A stretch of DNA of 64,000 nt, taken from NCBI RefSeq assembly GCF_009914755.1, contig NC_060926.1. One strand, 5' to 3'. This DNA is from the human T2T-CHM13v2.0 reference genome, Homo sapiens. Below are positions 28,506 through 41,812 of this stretch, piece after piece. The stretch's first letter is position 1. Every line of letters begins with the position of its first letter. Both the position numbers and the translations under genes were made by a program. Under the pieces are notes generated by a model. The model had not been told where the DNA came from. It did no database searches and worked only from the letters and a program-made list of their open reading frames with translations.

Positions 28506-30786
28506 TGTTATGGTTTAGCTGTGCCCCCAGCCAAATCTCATCTTGAATTGTATCTCCCAGAATTCCCACGTGTTGTAGGAGGGACCCAGTGGGAGGTAAT
28601 TGGATTATGGGGGCCAGTTTTTCCCCTGCTATTCTTGTGATAACGAATAAGTCTCACAAGATCTGATGGGTTTATCAGGGGTTTCTGCTTTTGCTTCTTC
28701 CTCATTTTCTCTTGGTGCTGCCATGTAAGAAGTACCTTTCACCTCCTGCCATGATTCTGAGGCCTCCCCAGTCATGTGGAACAGTAAGTCCAATTAAACC
28801 TCTTTTTCTTCCCAGTCTCAGATATGTCTTTACCAGCAGCATGAAAATGAACTAATACAGTAAATTGGTACCAGTAGAGTGGGGCGTTGCTGAAAAGATA
28901 CCCAAAAATGTGGAAGCGACTTTGGAACTGAGTAACAGACAGAGATTGGAAGAGTTTGAAGGGCTCAGAAGATAGGAAAATGTAGGAAAGTTTGGAGCTT
29001 CCTAGAGACTTGTTGAATGGCTTTGTGCCAAATGCTGATAGTGATATGGACAACAAAAATGAAGGCTGAAGTGGTCTCAGATGGAAATGAGGAACTTTTT
29101 GGGAACTGGAGCAAAGGCGACTCTTGTTTCATTTTAGCAAAGAGACTATCGGCATTTTGCCCCTGCCCTAGAGATTTGTGAACTTTGAACTTGACAGAGA
29201 TGATTTAGGGCATCCGGTGGAAGAAATTTGTAAGGAACAAAGCATTCAAGAGGTGACTTGGGTACTGTTAAAGACATTCAGTGTTAAAAGGGAAATAGAG
29301 CATAAAAGTTCAGAAAATTTGCAACCTGACTATGCAATGGAAAAGAAAAACTCACTTTCTGGGGAGAAATTCAAGCCAGCTGCAGAAACTTAACGTAAGT
29401 AGCAAGGAGCCTAATGTTAATCCCCAAGACCAAGGGGAAAATGTCTCCAGGCCATGTCAGAGGCCTTCATGGCAGCCCCTCCCATTGCAGGCCTGGAGGC
29501 CCAGGAGGAAAAAGTGGTTTCATGGGCCAGGCCCAGGATCCCCATTCTGCATGTAGCCTAGGGACTTTGTGCCTTGTTTCCCAGCCTCTCCAGCCATGGC
29601 TGAAGGGAGCCAATGTACAGCTTGGGCTGGGGCTTCAGAGGGTGGAAGCCCCAAACCTTGGCAACTTCCATGTGGTATCAAGCCTGTGGGTACTCAGAAG
29701 TCAAGAATTAAGGTTTGGAAACCTCTGCCTAGATTTCAGGAGATGTATGGAAACACCTGGATGCCCAGGCAAATTTTGCTGCAAGGGCAGGGCCCTCATG
29801 GAGAACCTCTGCTAGGGCAGTGCAGAAGGGAAATGTGGGGTTGGAGCCCCCATGCAGAGTCCCTAGTGGGGTACTGCCTAGTGGAGCTGTGAGAAGAGGG
29901 CCACCATCCTCCAGACCCTTGAATTGTAGATCCACTGACAGCTTGAACCATGCATCTGGAAAAGCCACAGACACTCAACACCAGCCCATGAAAGCAGTCG
30001 GGAGGGAGGCTGTACCCTTTAAAGCCACTGGGGTGGAGCTGCCCAAGACCATGGGAACCCACCTCTTGCATCAGCGTAACCTGGATGTGAGACCTGGAGT
30101 CAAAGGAGATCATTTTGGAGCTTCAAAATTCAACTGCCCCACTGGATTTCGGACATACGTGGGCCCTGTAATCCCTTTGTTTTGGCCAATTTCTCCCATT
30201 TGGAATAGCTGTATTTACCCAATACCTGTACCCTCATTGTATCTAGAAGTTAGCTAGCTTGCTTTTGATTTTACAGGCTCATAGGCAGAAGTGACTTGTC
30301 TCAGATGAGACATTAGACTATGGCCTTTTGAGTTAATGCTGAAATGAGTTTATACTTTGGCAGACTGTTGGGAAGGCATGATTGGTTTTAAAATGTGAGG
30401 ACATGAGATTTGGGAGGGACCAGGGTTGGAATGACATGGTTTGGCTGTGTCCCCACCAAAATCTCAACTTGCATTGTATCTCCCAGAATTCCCACATTTT
30501 GTGGGAGAGACCTGTTGGGAGGTAATTGAATCATGGGAGCCCGTCTTTCCCCTGCTGTTTTCGTGATAGTGAATAAGTCTCATGAGATCTGGTGGGTTTA
30601 TCGGGGGTTTCTGCTTTTGCTTCTTCCTCATTTTCTCCTGCCACAGCCATGTAAAAAGTGCCTTTCACCCCCCACCATAATTCTGAGGCCTTCCCAGCCA
30701 TGTGTAACTGTAAGTCCAATTAAACTTCTTTTTTTTCCCCAGTCTTGGGTATATCTTTATCAGCAGCATGAAAACGGACTAATACA
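28506..30786 (+). mobile_element. Complete THE1A MaLR element: 5' LTR 28506-28859, internal 28860-30431, 3' LTR 30432-30786
   Basis: Both LTRs TG...actaataCA with the THE1A-type gggtttatcaggggtttctgcttttgcttcttcc motif; internal starts gtaaattggtaccag; polypurine tract before the 3' LTR. Confidence 0.95.
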
Positions 30787-31489
30787 CTGCATCATAAGAC
30801 AGAATTAAAATGAATTATGTGAAATGTTGTGATCAGTGTCTATTACATGATAGGCATCATATAACTGTATAATTTTGAGCTATATTACCAGAAACATTAT
30901 TGAAAACAATAAAGAGATAGGCAAGATAAATATAATGAAATTTTAAAGATGGCATTTTAGACTAGAAAAATTCAAGTTAAAAATAATTGCATTTTAGTCT
31001 GAAAAAACACAAACATGGCTTCTGGGTTATCTTCGATGGGAGTTGGACTGTTTGGGGCATGAAACATCACAAACAGAAGATGGTTTTATCTCTAGGGGAA
31101 GATTTTAAGTGGAGTGGAACCACATCCATGCATTGAAGTGAGATACTAGCCTTTTTCAAGACATTTTAGTATTCACATTTGCTCTGAAATGAGTTAAGGG
31201 ACTTACAAAAAATCCTTTCCAAAGCAAAGTGAAACAGTTAGTTTTTCAGAGCGTAGAAATAATCGGAGTACTCAGTCCAGAGATGGAGACAGGACTTTAT
31301 CATAAATTGCTGCACCTCCTCTATCAGGTGTAAATATGGTTATATGATGTTTTTCCTGTGATAGTGGCAGGCAATATAAGTATCACAGAGTTTTTAGGAA
31401 CTTTATTAGAAAATGCTATTTCAAATTCTCAAGAGTTTAACTACTCTGAACAACTCATTACATTTCTTTCTAGACCTGTTTGATTCACT

Positions 31490-31750
31490 CAGTAAGCATA
31501 ATTGCTAACACTTGCTACTTTTTCTTAATGGTCAGGTAGTATTGCAAATACTTTTTATCAATTGTTTTATATTATTTTACCTCACATGGATTGTTAAGAG
31601 GTTGGTGCTGTTAGCATTTCCATTTTCTAGGCTGAAGCACAGAGAGGTAAAGTACCTGGCCCATGGTTACACAGCAAGTAAGTGGCAGAGCCAAGGTGCC
31701 AAGGTTCAAACCCACTCTGATTCCAGAGCCTGAGTCCTAAATTAGTTCCT
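31490..31750 (-). mobile_element. MIR SINE
   Basis: gctgaagcacagagaggtaaagtacctggcccatggttacacagcaagtaagtggcagagcc. Confidence 0.85.
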
Positions 31751-32339
31751 TGTACAGTAAGTCCTTGATAGTTTTTGGATGGTTATAATAAGATCTGGTA
31801 TTAAATTCAACAACAACAAAAGGAGATATCTTCTCAACCTGACAGTACATTTTCAGGTCTATAAGTTTCAGGTCTGTAAGTTTATGTTAAGTGCCTATAC
31901 TTGAAGTACATTTTAAAACAATTGTAAAGATAATAACTCATCACTTTCCACTCACCTTCTGGCATAAAAGGAGATAAAGAACTATACCAGCTTTCCCTAA
32001 CGATTGCTTTCTTTCCCTAGTAATTGGTCTAAATTTTGCTAGAGGGAAGAAGTACAGGTACAGGCAATGATGGATGTTTTTGTTTTTGTTTCTTGTTTTT
32101 ATTTTTTTTAATCCACTACTAGCTACCACACACACAAAAAATGCTGAAAGTTTTCCAGTGCATTTATTAGTCATGAGAATGTGTTGGTTATCTGTGGTCT
32201 GTGGGGAATTGGGTTGTAAGAGCATATACTAACCTCTGCCATGATGGGCAGTGAGAATATTCCGGTCTACTGGTTCAGATTGCTCCTTGTGGACTTGAAA
32301 GGACTTGGTGGCTTCATGAAGCAGACCTGGTAAAAATAA

Positions 32340-32560
32340 TGGCATTCCTGGAGTGCCTGCCAGGCCAGGCAGACGGTTAGTGTGCATTCACTCATTTCCT
32401 TCCACCAGCAATGCAAAGGAGGCTTAGTTAGCCCTGTAACACAAGTGCAAGAGCCAAGCATTAAGTTTAGAAATTCACTCAAAGTCACAAAGTTTGTGAG
32501 CAGTAGAACTCAGTTTTGAAGTTGTTTAGGATCTCTAGGATTTGTACCCATTCCACGGAG
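32340..32560 (-). mobile_element. MIR SINE (degenerate)
   Basis: gagtgcctgccaggccaggc...tcactcaaagtcacaaag...gcagtagaactcag. Confidence 0.55.
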
Positions 32561-33404
32561 CGTTTTATTGTAGTCCAAGTGCATGATATAGAAAATGTAT
32601 TTTCCCCACTGCTTCTCCCTGTGTATGACATTCAGCTTCCAGATGGTTTAGTTTTCTGGAGTCTCTTACCTTCCCTTGCCTCCTTTTTGATCCAGATAGT
32701 TCATCAGTGTGAAGATTAAGTTGCCATAGCACCTGTCTTTACCTCCACACTCATAGGTAGTGATGGAGGAGGCAGATAACACTTAGTAGTTTACAGTGGA
32801 AAAGGACCCAAATCCTGATACTGGTTGCCATGAATCAATGGCTTCATTCTTTAGTCTTGGCATTGAACTTCTTTGAATAGACCTCTGGATCCTATTTCTA
32901 AAATACACAATTAGAGCCACTCAGCCTATGTTAAAGACAGCATTATTATGAGGCTATAAAAAGAAAGGTTATAGAAATACCTAGAAAAATAGCATTCAAA
33001 TTGATACTGGTTTTATCAGTCTCATAGAGGAGCCTGCTTGTTTGGATAAATCATCAATAACTTTCATCAGAAACATTTTTGACTATGATATGATTGTTAC
33101 AAATTATGAAGTTTTCCAATCTCAAACTTTTCAGTTTAAGTTATCCTCCCCGCATCCCACCCCAGCTTATTAATTTGGCATGAAATCTTCAGTTTGGGAC
33201 AGTGATATTACCATTTCTCACTTTGTTCCTAGTCCCCTAGTTCCTGTTAGTAAATGGAAATATATTCATACTGTAGCAGTATCTGTAGATATATTATTTA
33301 GCTTACAAAATAGCAGATTTTATTGGGTTGTTTTAGCAGGAATGGATGGGGCTGATCGTTGCATGGTTTAGTCTGCGGACTCACAAAGCCAGCTCTTGTC
33401 TAAT

Positions 33405-33457
33405 TGAGTCAGTGAGTCAGCTTATGTGTATTGAGCTCTCAGCTGGGGGTGGGGTGG
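33405..33457. promoter_or_regulatory. Candidate enhancer core: tandem AP-1 sites plus a KLF/SP box
   Basis: TGAGTCA g TGAGTCA gc at 33405-33421; gggggtggggtgg at about 33445-33457; motif evidence only. Confidence 0.4.
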
Positions 33458-35563
33458 AACTTTTAACCAGAATTGAGCATCTGCTCAGTGCTTAAGTAGT
33501 ATGAGCTTCCAGACTCTGGCTGGCCTAATGGACTCTCCACCACATCTCTGTTATTGAGTAGTGATTAGTATACAGATTGGGACATATTTGGTTTCATTTC
33601 AGTCTGTTCCCACAGATGAGGCCTGTGTATGATCACATCATATAAATTATTTAAGGTGCAGAGTCTATGTAACCCGAGCCATAAGTAAAAGTTGGCCTAC
33701 CGTCTGTTCTGTCACCCTGGAGGACTCTTTATTTTCCAAAGGAAATAGTCCATCTTGTGAACTGACATCATTAGAGTCATAAAAATTCAAATGCGCCTTG
33801 AGCGATTTCTTTACTTTGGCATAAAGTCTCAAGTATAGTATCCAAAAGCTTAACATCCTTTAGCTGAAATATACTGGCTTAGGGTTAGGGGAAGACAATT
33901 CTAGAACACTAATTGCAGTTCCAGAACAGTGGTAACTAGTTGTAATCTGAGGAAAATTTGAATCTGTAAATTGCATTAATTTTCACTGACTCTGAAAAGT
34001 TTGTTATATTTATTTTTTTCATTTGTAAATTTAATTTGATTGTAAATACAGTTGGTTGTGGATTTTGGTGGGGGCAGGGGAATGGCATGAAATGGATTAC
34101 AGAGATTATTATTATACAAACCTTTTAGTTTGTACCTGAAGAGCATTGGGTCTGGAAACAAAATTGACATGTTGAAGGCTACAGTGTTAGAACTAGAACT
34201 TAGGTTATCTGACTTCTGATGGAGGAACCTTTCGTTATATTATCTCCCATCACATAATCCTATTTTAGTAAAGAATGAAAGCCAGGTCTCTTTCATTTTT
34301 ATTTCTCCACTCCTGGTTTCAGTGAGCTGGAAATGGAAAACTAGTGGAGAACTCAATCCATCTCCCCTTTCCACTTGTTGAATCACCTTGCCAAATATAG
34401 TCGCTACGTTATATCTATTCTTCCCTTTGCCTGGATAAGACCTGCTCCCTGAGCCTGTCCTTCTTATTTTTCCTGATGCATGTAATGAAGATGTTGGTGT
34501 AGGCTGTGGCAAGTGACAGATTCCTGAAGGTAAAGGTCTGATAGTTATAGGCTCACTGCTAAAAGGGTTTGTAACTCTCACTCCTTGGAGGTAAGGATAA
34601 CGACAGAAGGGACCCAGAACTTTGTTATTCTTCTCCGTGACAGAAGATCTGAATTGGAGTTGCCAAGACCAAACTGGCTTTTCCTATGTCAGGAAGCAAT
34701 CTGGCCTTTTCAGTGTTTTCCAGAAGTACAACTTTAAACTTGCAACTTCATCTAAGAAAAATACCTAGACTCAATTAATGGAGTTAAAAGGGCATTCGTT
34801 TCTTCAATTCGACATCTTTCCTTTCTCTCTCTGTATCGTACCATTCTCCTGACCTGGGTTAATAAAATAAACAGCTTCTCTACACTGGGAAGTCCTGGGC
34901 ATGCGTGAGTGATGGGTCTGGGGTGACTTTGTATGCTCTTCATGAAGGTGTTTATACCTCAGATCCTCCTTGTCATGCACTCAATTTAGAACTCCTTTAA
35001 CAAGTGGTCTTGGTTCTAGTTCCTTAAATTGGTGTTTCCCAAACCCCAAAGTGAAACAATTTCCCAAATGATGTATTCCTTAAAAATGCATGCAGTTTAG
35101 GAGAGCAGTGGTAAATAATTGGCAACTCAGTAGCTTTAGACCTTTTTACTCTCTCAAAGCTCTTGACTACAGTTGGCAATCTCATAAAACAACCAGAGAA
35201 TAAATAGTTGCCTAAAACAGTAATATCACGGAGTATATTTTTGCTTCTGCCAAAATATTTTCTTGGTAATTAGTACTAACCTCAGGCAAAACCCAAGCAG
35301 GCAATATTTTTGTAGTGTTTCCTTCCCTTTCTTGTCTATACCTCACCTTGCAGCAGTCTGCTTTTTGGGAGACCAGCTTGCTTCATTCTGATGACCCAGA
35401 TCAGACCATGTAAATGGCTCTTTATAATGCCAGTTGCTTCTCATAAGAATGTTTATCTTCTAACAGGCTTATTCTAAATGTACAGCATCTTTCCCAAAGT
35501 ACTTAAATCTAGGATTGTGGCAGGCAGGATTATTAAAATTGAAGTTCAGGGGACTTTTCTCTC

Positions 35564-37173
35564 TGTCACAGGATATTTGGAGTGTCACTTTTCCAGCCAG
35601 AAACCTCTGTGGCCAGTGGCACCTTTTTCCTAGTTTTTCTTGGGCCTACTGGGCTTGTTCCACCTGCTTGGCCCAGCAGGCTGCGTATGGCTCACACTAC
35701 TGGCCTGGATCCCACACCTACCAAGGGTGAGCCAGGTGCAGAGGGGCAAGGAGTGTGTGAGCAAGTGAGTGTGGGGTCCAGCCACTGTGCACAGCTGGGC
35801 ATGCCGGCTGTGGCAGGGCGGGCAGCTCTAGGCACTGGCATAGGGACCGGCTCTGTGAGGCTGCAGGTGGACCGCACATATCATAAGCTGCTTTCACTGT
35901 GGGCAGCAGGGAACATGGTGGTGCCTGGAAGCTTGGAGATGTCAGGATTGCAGAGCCCCAAAGAGGATGTCACAGCCCTGGCTCAGGGAACCTCTAGGTC
36001 TGGGCTTCCTAAAGGGCTGCAGCTCTTCTCTCCTTCTTGTCACCTGCCACATGGCAAGTAAGTGGGGGTGTGTTTCAGCCCTGTTTATGTTACAGCTCTT
36101 TCAGTCCTGCCATTCAGCAGGTTCCAAGTTCTTGTCCCATGTTCAGGAAGAATGAGGTGTGTGGACAACTGTAGGGTAAGTAAGGTGGAGAGGAACTTTA
36201 CTGAGTGACAGAATAGTTCTCAGGAGACCCAAAGTGGCTAGTTTCCTTCCACAGGCAGGTCGTCCTGATGAATGTCCAGCTCTCAGCAGGGAGGAGACCT
36301 GTAGTCGGTAGTTCCTTTCCACAGGCAAGTCGTCCCAGTGAGTGTCCGGCTCTTGGCAGAGAAGAGACCTGTAATGGGTAGCTCCTTTCTGTAGGCAGGT
36401 CATCTCAATGAGTGAGACTGGTTGAGTCTGGGGTTTTTGTGTGTTCAGAAAGAAGGAAGTGGGTGCTGATTGGTCCATGGGTGGCCATGGGCAGACCTGG
36501 AAAAAGTACTGTCCAATTGGCCAAAAGGCTTCAATGAAGTTCTGTCTCCAGGCCATGGACTTCACCTGGAACTGGCAGCCTGGCCCCCAAACCTCAAGCC
36601 TTTCCTGGCTTGAAGGAGGGGTTTCACTGGTAAGCTACCCCTTCCCACCTAGGACCCTGTCTGCCTTTAACATGCCATCCACAGTGCCCAGGCTGTCTGC
36701 ACCGAGAGGCACCTGTAGGCCTGCACCAAGCTGCCCTCAGCTCCCCTGGCCTGCCTCCTGTGCTTGTTGGCACCCAAAGTCCAGAAGGAGCCGAAGTGGC
36801 AGGGGGCTTATGCGTCAGTGCTGCCCTGGCTGGGTTATGACAGTACCTGGGCTCAGCCACAACTTTGCTCTGCCCCAGAATGGTTGCCAGGAGGAGGGAG
36901 AGGCCAAGGAGTGGGAGCAGGCCCTTTGAAGCCTGCAGGGGTGGGGGGCTTCCTGGGCCCCTGAGAGCCCAGGGATGCCAGGGTCTGGAGCTGAACTCGG
37001 CATCAGCACCCGGGAGTGCGGCCTTCTGCACTGCCAACTTGGTAGAAGGCGGGGCTCTCATCTGCTCCTGGCTCCCACACCAGCTCTGCCTAGTGCGCAG
37101 GCCTGGCTGTGCCTCCCCTGCTGCAGCCAGTGTCCTTACAGCAGCCGCTCCAGATGGGCCATCACTGCCATCA
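35564..37173 (-). mobile_element. MER52 (MER52A-like) ERV1 solo LTR
   Basis: Minus strand starts tgatggcagtgatggcccatctggagcggctgc and ends cctgtgaca; 1.6 kb, GC-rich; TSD tctc/tctg; internal ~70-bp repeats at 36235-36410. Confidence 0.85.
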
Positions 37174-37283
37174 TCTGGACACTCAAAAAAAAAAAAAAAA
37201 AAACCACATAGGCAGGCCCCTTACTCTGCTTATATGTAAGCCTACTTCTGCTTAGTTATATCTATATATCTCTGGATATAAAT

Positions 37284-37393
37284 GGCCTTCTGCTATGTTG
37301 CTCATGCTGTCCCAAACTCCTATGCTCAAGCCATCCTCCTGCCTCAGCATCCTGAGTAGCTGGGACTACAGACACACACCATTGCAACCCACC
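37284..37393 (-). mobile_element. FLAM/FAM Alu monomer
   Basis: tgctatgttgc...gctcaagccatcctcctgcctcagc...gtagctgggactacag. Confidence 0.7.
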
Positions 37394-38914
37394 ATACAAG
37401 CCTGTGTCTATAAATATCATATGCGGGTTTTTTTTTTTAATAAGATGAAGGCATAGGCTATGTAAGATGTGCTAAGCTAAGGAAGGTGGAAGATGCAGTT
37501 TGATTACAAAGAAGGTAGAATGTTTCAGATTCATTTCAGGTGTCACTAACTATTGACAGTACTGCCTTAAGGATGAATGGCAATTTTAATTTTGCATTTT
37601 CTTGATTTTCAAGGTGTTTTAGATTGTTAACATTTTCTTTAATTATAGAATCAATTAGCATGTTAATGGAAAAATCATTAAGTGGTAGAATTCATAAAGG
37701 CCCTGTTTTTTGCAACTATTTGTGAAACAGAGTACTGTCGTTTTCATTACAGTCAAAAGAACAATCAGGCCAAATTCACTCTCCCTAGATTGTGGAAGCT
37801 CAGATGAATCCTATCTTTCTAACTGGTTATCATTTTGCACAGAGGTGGCTAATTTCCTTAGAAACTTTCTAAGCTGTAAAGAAAGGTTGGAGAAGATAGA
37901 GCCTGGGATTCCTTCAGTGCTTTTAGTGTTAATTTCTCCTTAGTTTTTGCTATCTAATCTCAGGTATGCTTTTGTAAACATTTTCAAGGGAATAAAAATC
38001 CCTAATTTTCTCTGCATTGTTCTCTTATTTCCCCTTCACTGTCTGTCCTCTTAGCTCTCTGCTACCTGCCCTTCTCTGGTGGATATGAGCAAACAAGTCC
38101 AGAGTGACTGCCTAGCATCAGCTTTAACTGAATTCCCAGTTGGCTGCCTGGTCCACATAGGAACTCAGTATGGATGGCCACTGTCGCTACATTCTCCAAC
38201 CAGAGGGCATTTATGTCGAACAGTATTATGTCACACCATATAATTATATATTACAATTTGGGACCCTTCTCTCTGCACCTGATTCCAATGGGAACATGTC
38301 CTGCATATCCTTCCCTTGATCAATTTCTCTTGGCCAGAAAGCTTGCCATTTCCATTTTTCTGAAGGTGGTGGAGAGAGAAAAGGAGGTGTGTTTCATAAA
38401 ACCACATTATTTTGGAGGTAGCATGTAATTAACTAACCATGATGTAATTTCCAGTTGGTAATCTTTTCAGTCTATCAACCAGAAATTGTACTTAGAAAAT
38501 GCAATAAGCTTCTCTATTTTTGTATGTTTTCATTTTCAGCTTCTCCAAGGAGCTGGGAATATAGATATGAGACATACATTCTATTTGTTGTACTTGATTG
38601 ATGAACTCTTGTTTGCTACATTTAACTTTTAAAGTAGATAACCTAGACAGAATAATATATTTCTCTAAAATAAAACCCCATAAAATAAAATAAAAACCTC
38701 TTTTCCATGACTAATCTCTGTTGCAGTCAAGCTAACTATACCACTTTTCTATCAAAACAGGAAAGCGAAACATTTAACCCTCCTATTCTCATGTCAGAGT
38801 CCACTGATGTCTTTTAACTCTTTCTTGACCCCCAAGTGCCATTCCTCTATTTGTTCATGGAGTTTATGTGAATTTGGATATGTAGTTATGTGAATTGTAA
38901 TTTTTTACCAGTGT

Positions 38915-41812
38915 CTTTTTTTATTGTGGCAAAAGGTATCATTAATTTACTATCTTAACTATTTTTAAGTGTACAGTTCAGTAGTGTTAAGTACATACAC
39001 ATTGTGCAACAGATCTCCAGAACATTTTCATCTTGCAACTCTGAAATATTATACCCGTTAAACACTAGATTCCCCTCCTACCTCCCCACCTAGCCCTTGG
39101 CAACCAACTATCTGCTTTCTGTTTCTGTGATTTTGACCGCTTTAGCTACTTCATATGAGTGGAATCATACAAGATTTGCCCTTTTTGGACTGGTTTATTT
39201 CTCCACAAGTTTCATCTATGTTGTAGTAGTATGTAACAGAATTTCCTTCTTTTTGAAGGCTGCATAATATTCCATTTTATTTATATATTTCTTTTTAAAA
39301 ATTCATTCATCTATTGATAGACATCTGGGTTGCTTCCAACTCTTGGCTATTGTGAATAATGCTGTAATGTGCATGAGTGTGCAGATACCTTTTCAAGATC
39401 CTTTTTCTTCAATTCTTGTGGATATATTTCCAGAATATATCTGGGGTTGTTGGATCATATGGTAATTCTGCTTTTAACTTTTTGAGGGGCCTCCATACTG
39501 TTTTTCCTAATGCCTGCCCTATTTTACATCTGAACCAAAATCATACAAGGGTTCCAATTTCTCTCCATCTTCATTAATACTTGTTATTTCTCTTTGTTTT
39601 TTAGAAGTTATTCTAATGGGGGCGAGGTGTTATCTCTTTGGTTTTGGCTTGTGTGACTCTTATGATTAGTGACCTTGATTATGTTTTCCTGTGTTTGTTG
39701 GCTATTCATATGTCTCTTTTGGAGAACTGTAAATTCAAGTTCTTTACCTATTTTTTAATAGAGTTTTTTGTTATTGTTATCGTGTTATAGAAGTTCCTTA
39801 TATGTTCTGGATACTAACTCCTTATCAGATATATGATTGGCACATATTTTCTCTCATTCTGCAGGTAACTTTTTCACTCTGTTGATTGCATCCTTTGAAA
39901 CATGGAAGTCTTTAAGTTTAATGTAATCTCATTTGTCTTTTCTTGCTTTTGTTCCCTGTGCTTTAGGTGTCATATCCAAGAAATCATTGCCAAATCCAGT
40001 GTGACAAAGCTTTCCCCTTACGTTTACTTCTAGGAGTTTTATAGTTTTAACTCTTCTGTTTAGGTTTTATTCATTTTTTATTTTTATTTTTTGAGATGGA
40101 GCCCTGCTCTGTCACCAAGGGTGCAACCTCTGCCTCATGGGTTCAAGCGATTTTCCTGCCTCAGCCTTCTGAGTAGCTGGGATTACAGGTGCCTGCCACC
40201 ATGCCCAGCTACTTTTTGTGTTTTAGTAGAGATGATGTTTCACCATGTTGGCCAGGCTGGTCTTGAACTCCTGACCTCAAGTGATCCACCTGCCTTGCTG
40301 TTTAGATTTTAAATCTACTTATTCTTACTTTTTGGTGTATGATATAAGGATCCAACTTCATTCTTTGCATGTGGATATCCAGTTTTCCCAGACCTATTTG
40401 TTGAAGGGACTATCCTTTCTTCATTAGGTAGTCTTGGCAACTTTGTAAAAAATCATTTGGCCATTATTTCTTGGTTCTCTGTTCCACTGGGGGATATATA
40501 TATATGTTTTTTATGCTAATGCTATGCTATTTTAATTACTGTACCTTTGTAGTATGTTTTGGAATCAGGAAGTATGAGGCCTTGGCCTTATTTTTTTTCA
40601 AGATTATTTTGGCTGTGCATGGTCTCATGAAATTCTACATGAATTTTAGGATTTGTTTTCTATTTCTACACAAAGTGTCATTGGAGTTTTCATAAGGATT
40701 GCAATGAATTGATAAGTCACTTGGGAAAGCGTGATCATTTTAACAATCTTATTTCCATCTATGAGCATGGCATGCCTTTCCATTTATGTCTCTTCTTGAT
40801 TTCTTTTAGCAATGGTTTGTAGTTTTTGGTGTACAAGTCTTTTACTTCCTTTGTTGTTTATTCCTAAGTCTTTTATCCTTTTTGATGCCATAGTATTTGG
40901 GATTGTTTTCTTAATTTCATTTTTGAATTGACCATTGTTAGTAAATAGAAATGCAACTGAATTTTGCATGTTGATTTTGTATCCTGCAACTTTGTTAAAA
41001 TCATATATTAGCTGTAAGAGTTTTTGTGTGTGTGTGTGAAATCTTTAGGCTTTTCCACACACGCAATGAGGTCATCTACAAGCAGAAATAATTTTATTCC
41101 TCTTTTACGATTTACATGTCTTCTATTCATTTTTCTTGTTCTTGCTCTGGCTAGGACTTCCAGTAGTATGTTGGATAGCAGTGGTGAGAGTGGACATACT
41201 GGTCTTGTTTCTTATCTTAGAAGAAAAGCTTTTAGTTTTTCACCATTGAGTATGTTATAGGCATGGACTTTTTATCTGCGACTTTTATTATGTTGAGGCA
41301 TTTACACTATATTCCTAGTTTGTTGAATGTTTTTATCATGAAAGGATGTTATATTTTTTCAAATGCTGGTTCTGCATGAATTGACATGATCATGAAATTT
41401 TTGTCCTTCATTTTGTTAATGTGGTCTATTACATTGATTGACTTTCATACACTGAGCCATCCTTGAATTCTTGGTATAAATCCCACTTGGTCATGGTGTA
41501 TAATTCTTTTAATGTGCTGTTGAATTTGGTTTACTAATAATTTGTACTGAATTTTTACATCAATATTCATTAAGGATATTGGTCTATAGTTTTCTTTTCT
41601 TGCTGTGCCTTCGTGTGATTTTGGGATCAGAGTAATACTGGCTTCATAGGATGAGTTTGGAAGTATTTCCTCCAATTCTTTGGAAGAGTTTAAGGGGATT
41701 GGTGTTAATTTTTCTCTAAGTATTTGAGAGAATTCTCTAGGGAAGCCCTTTTATCCTGGGCTTTTCTTTTTTGAACTGTTTTTGATTGCTATTTTAGTCT
41801 CTCTTACTAGTT
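38915..41812 (-). mobile_element. L1MA/MB LINE-1, about 2.7 kb 3' portion reaching into the ORF2 RT region
   Basis: 3' end aagtgtacagttcagtagtgttaagtac; ORFs 40784-40969 and 41445-41675 ([16 protein letters not shown]...[15 protein letters not shown]...HHDQVGFIP) are L1 ORF2. Confidence 0.92.
40070..40297 (-). mobile_element. AluS, 5'-truncated with an internal deletion, inserted in L1
   Basis: TSD ctgtttag(g/a)tttta at 40056-40069 and 40298-40311. Confidence 0.88.

Noticed and set aside
29178-30257. Several 70-145 aa ORFs
   Set aside because: Fragments of decayed THE1 internal sequence; no intact frame
33879-33891. TTAGGG x2 as an interstitial telomere
   Set aside because: Two units are expected by chance
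35515-37239. Cluster of 120-160 aa GC-rich ORFs suggesting a gene or CpG island
   Set aside because: Almost entirely within the MER52 LTR; overlapping on both strands, CpG-depleted, no recognisable domain
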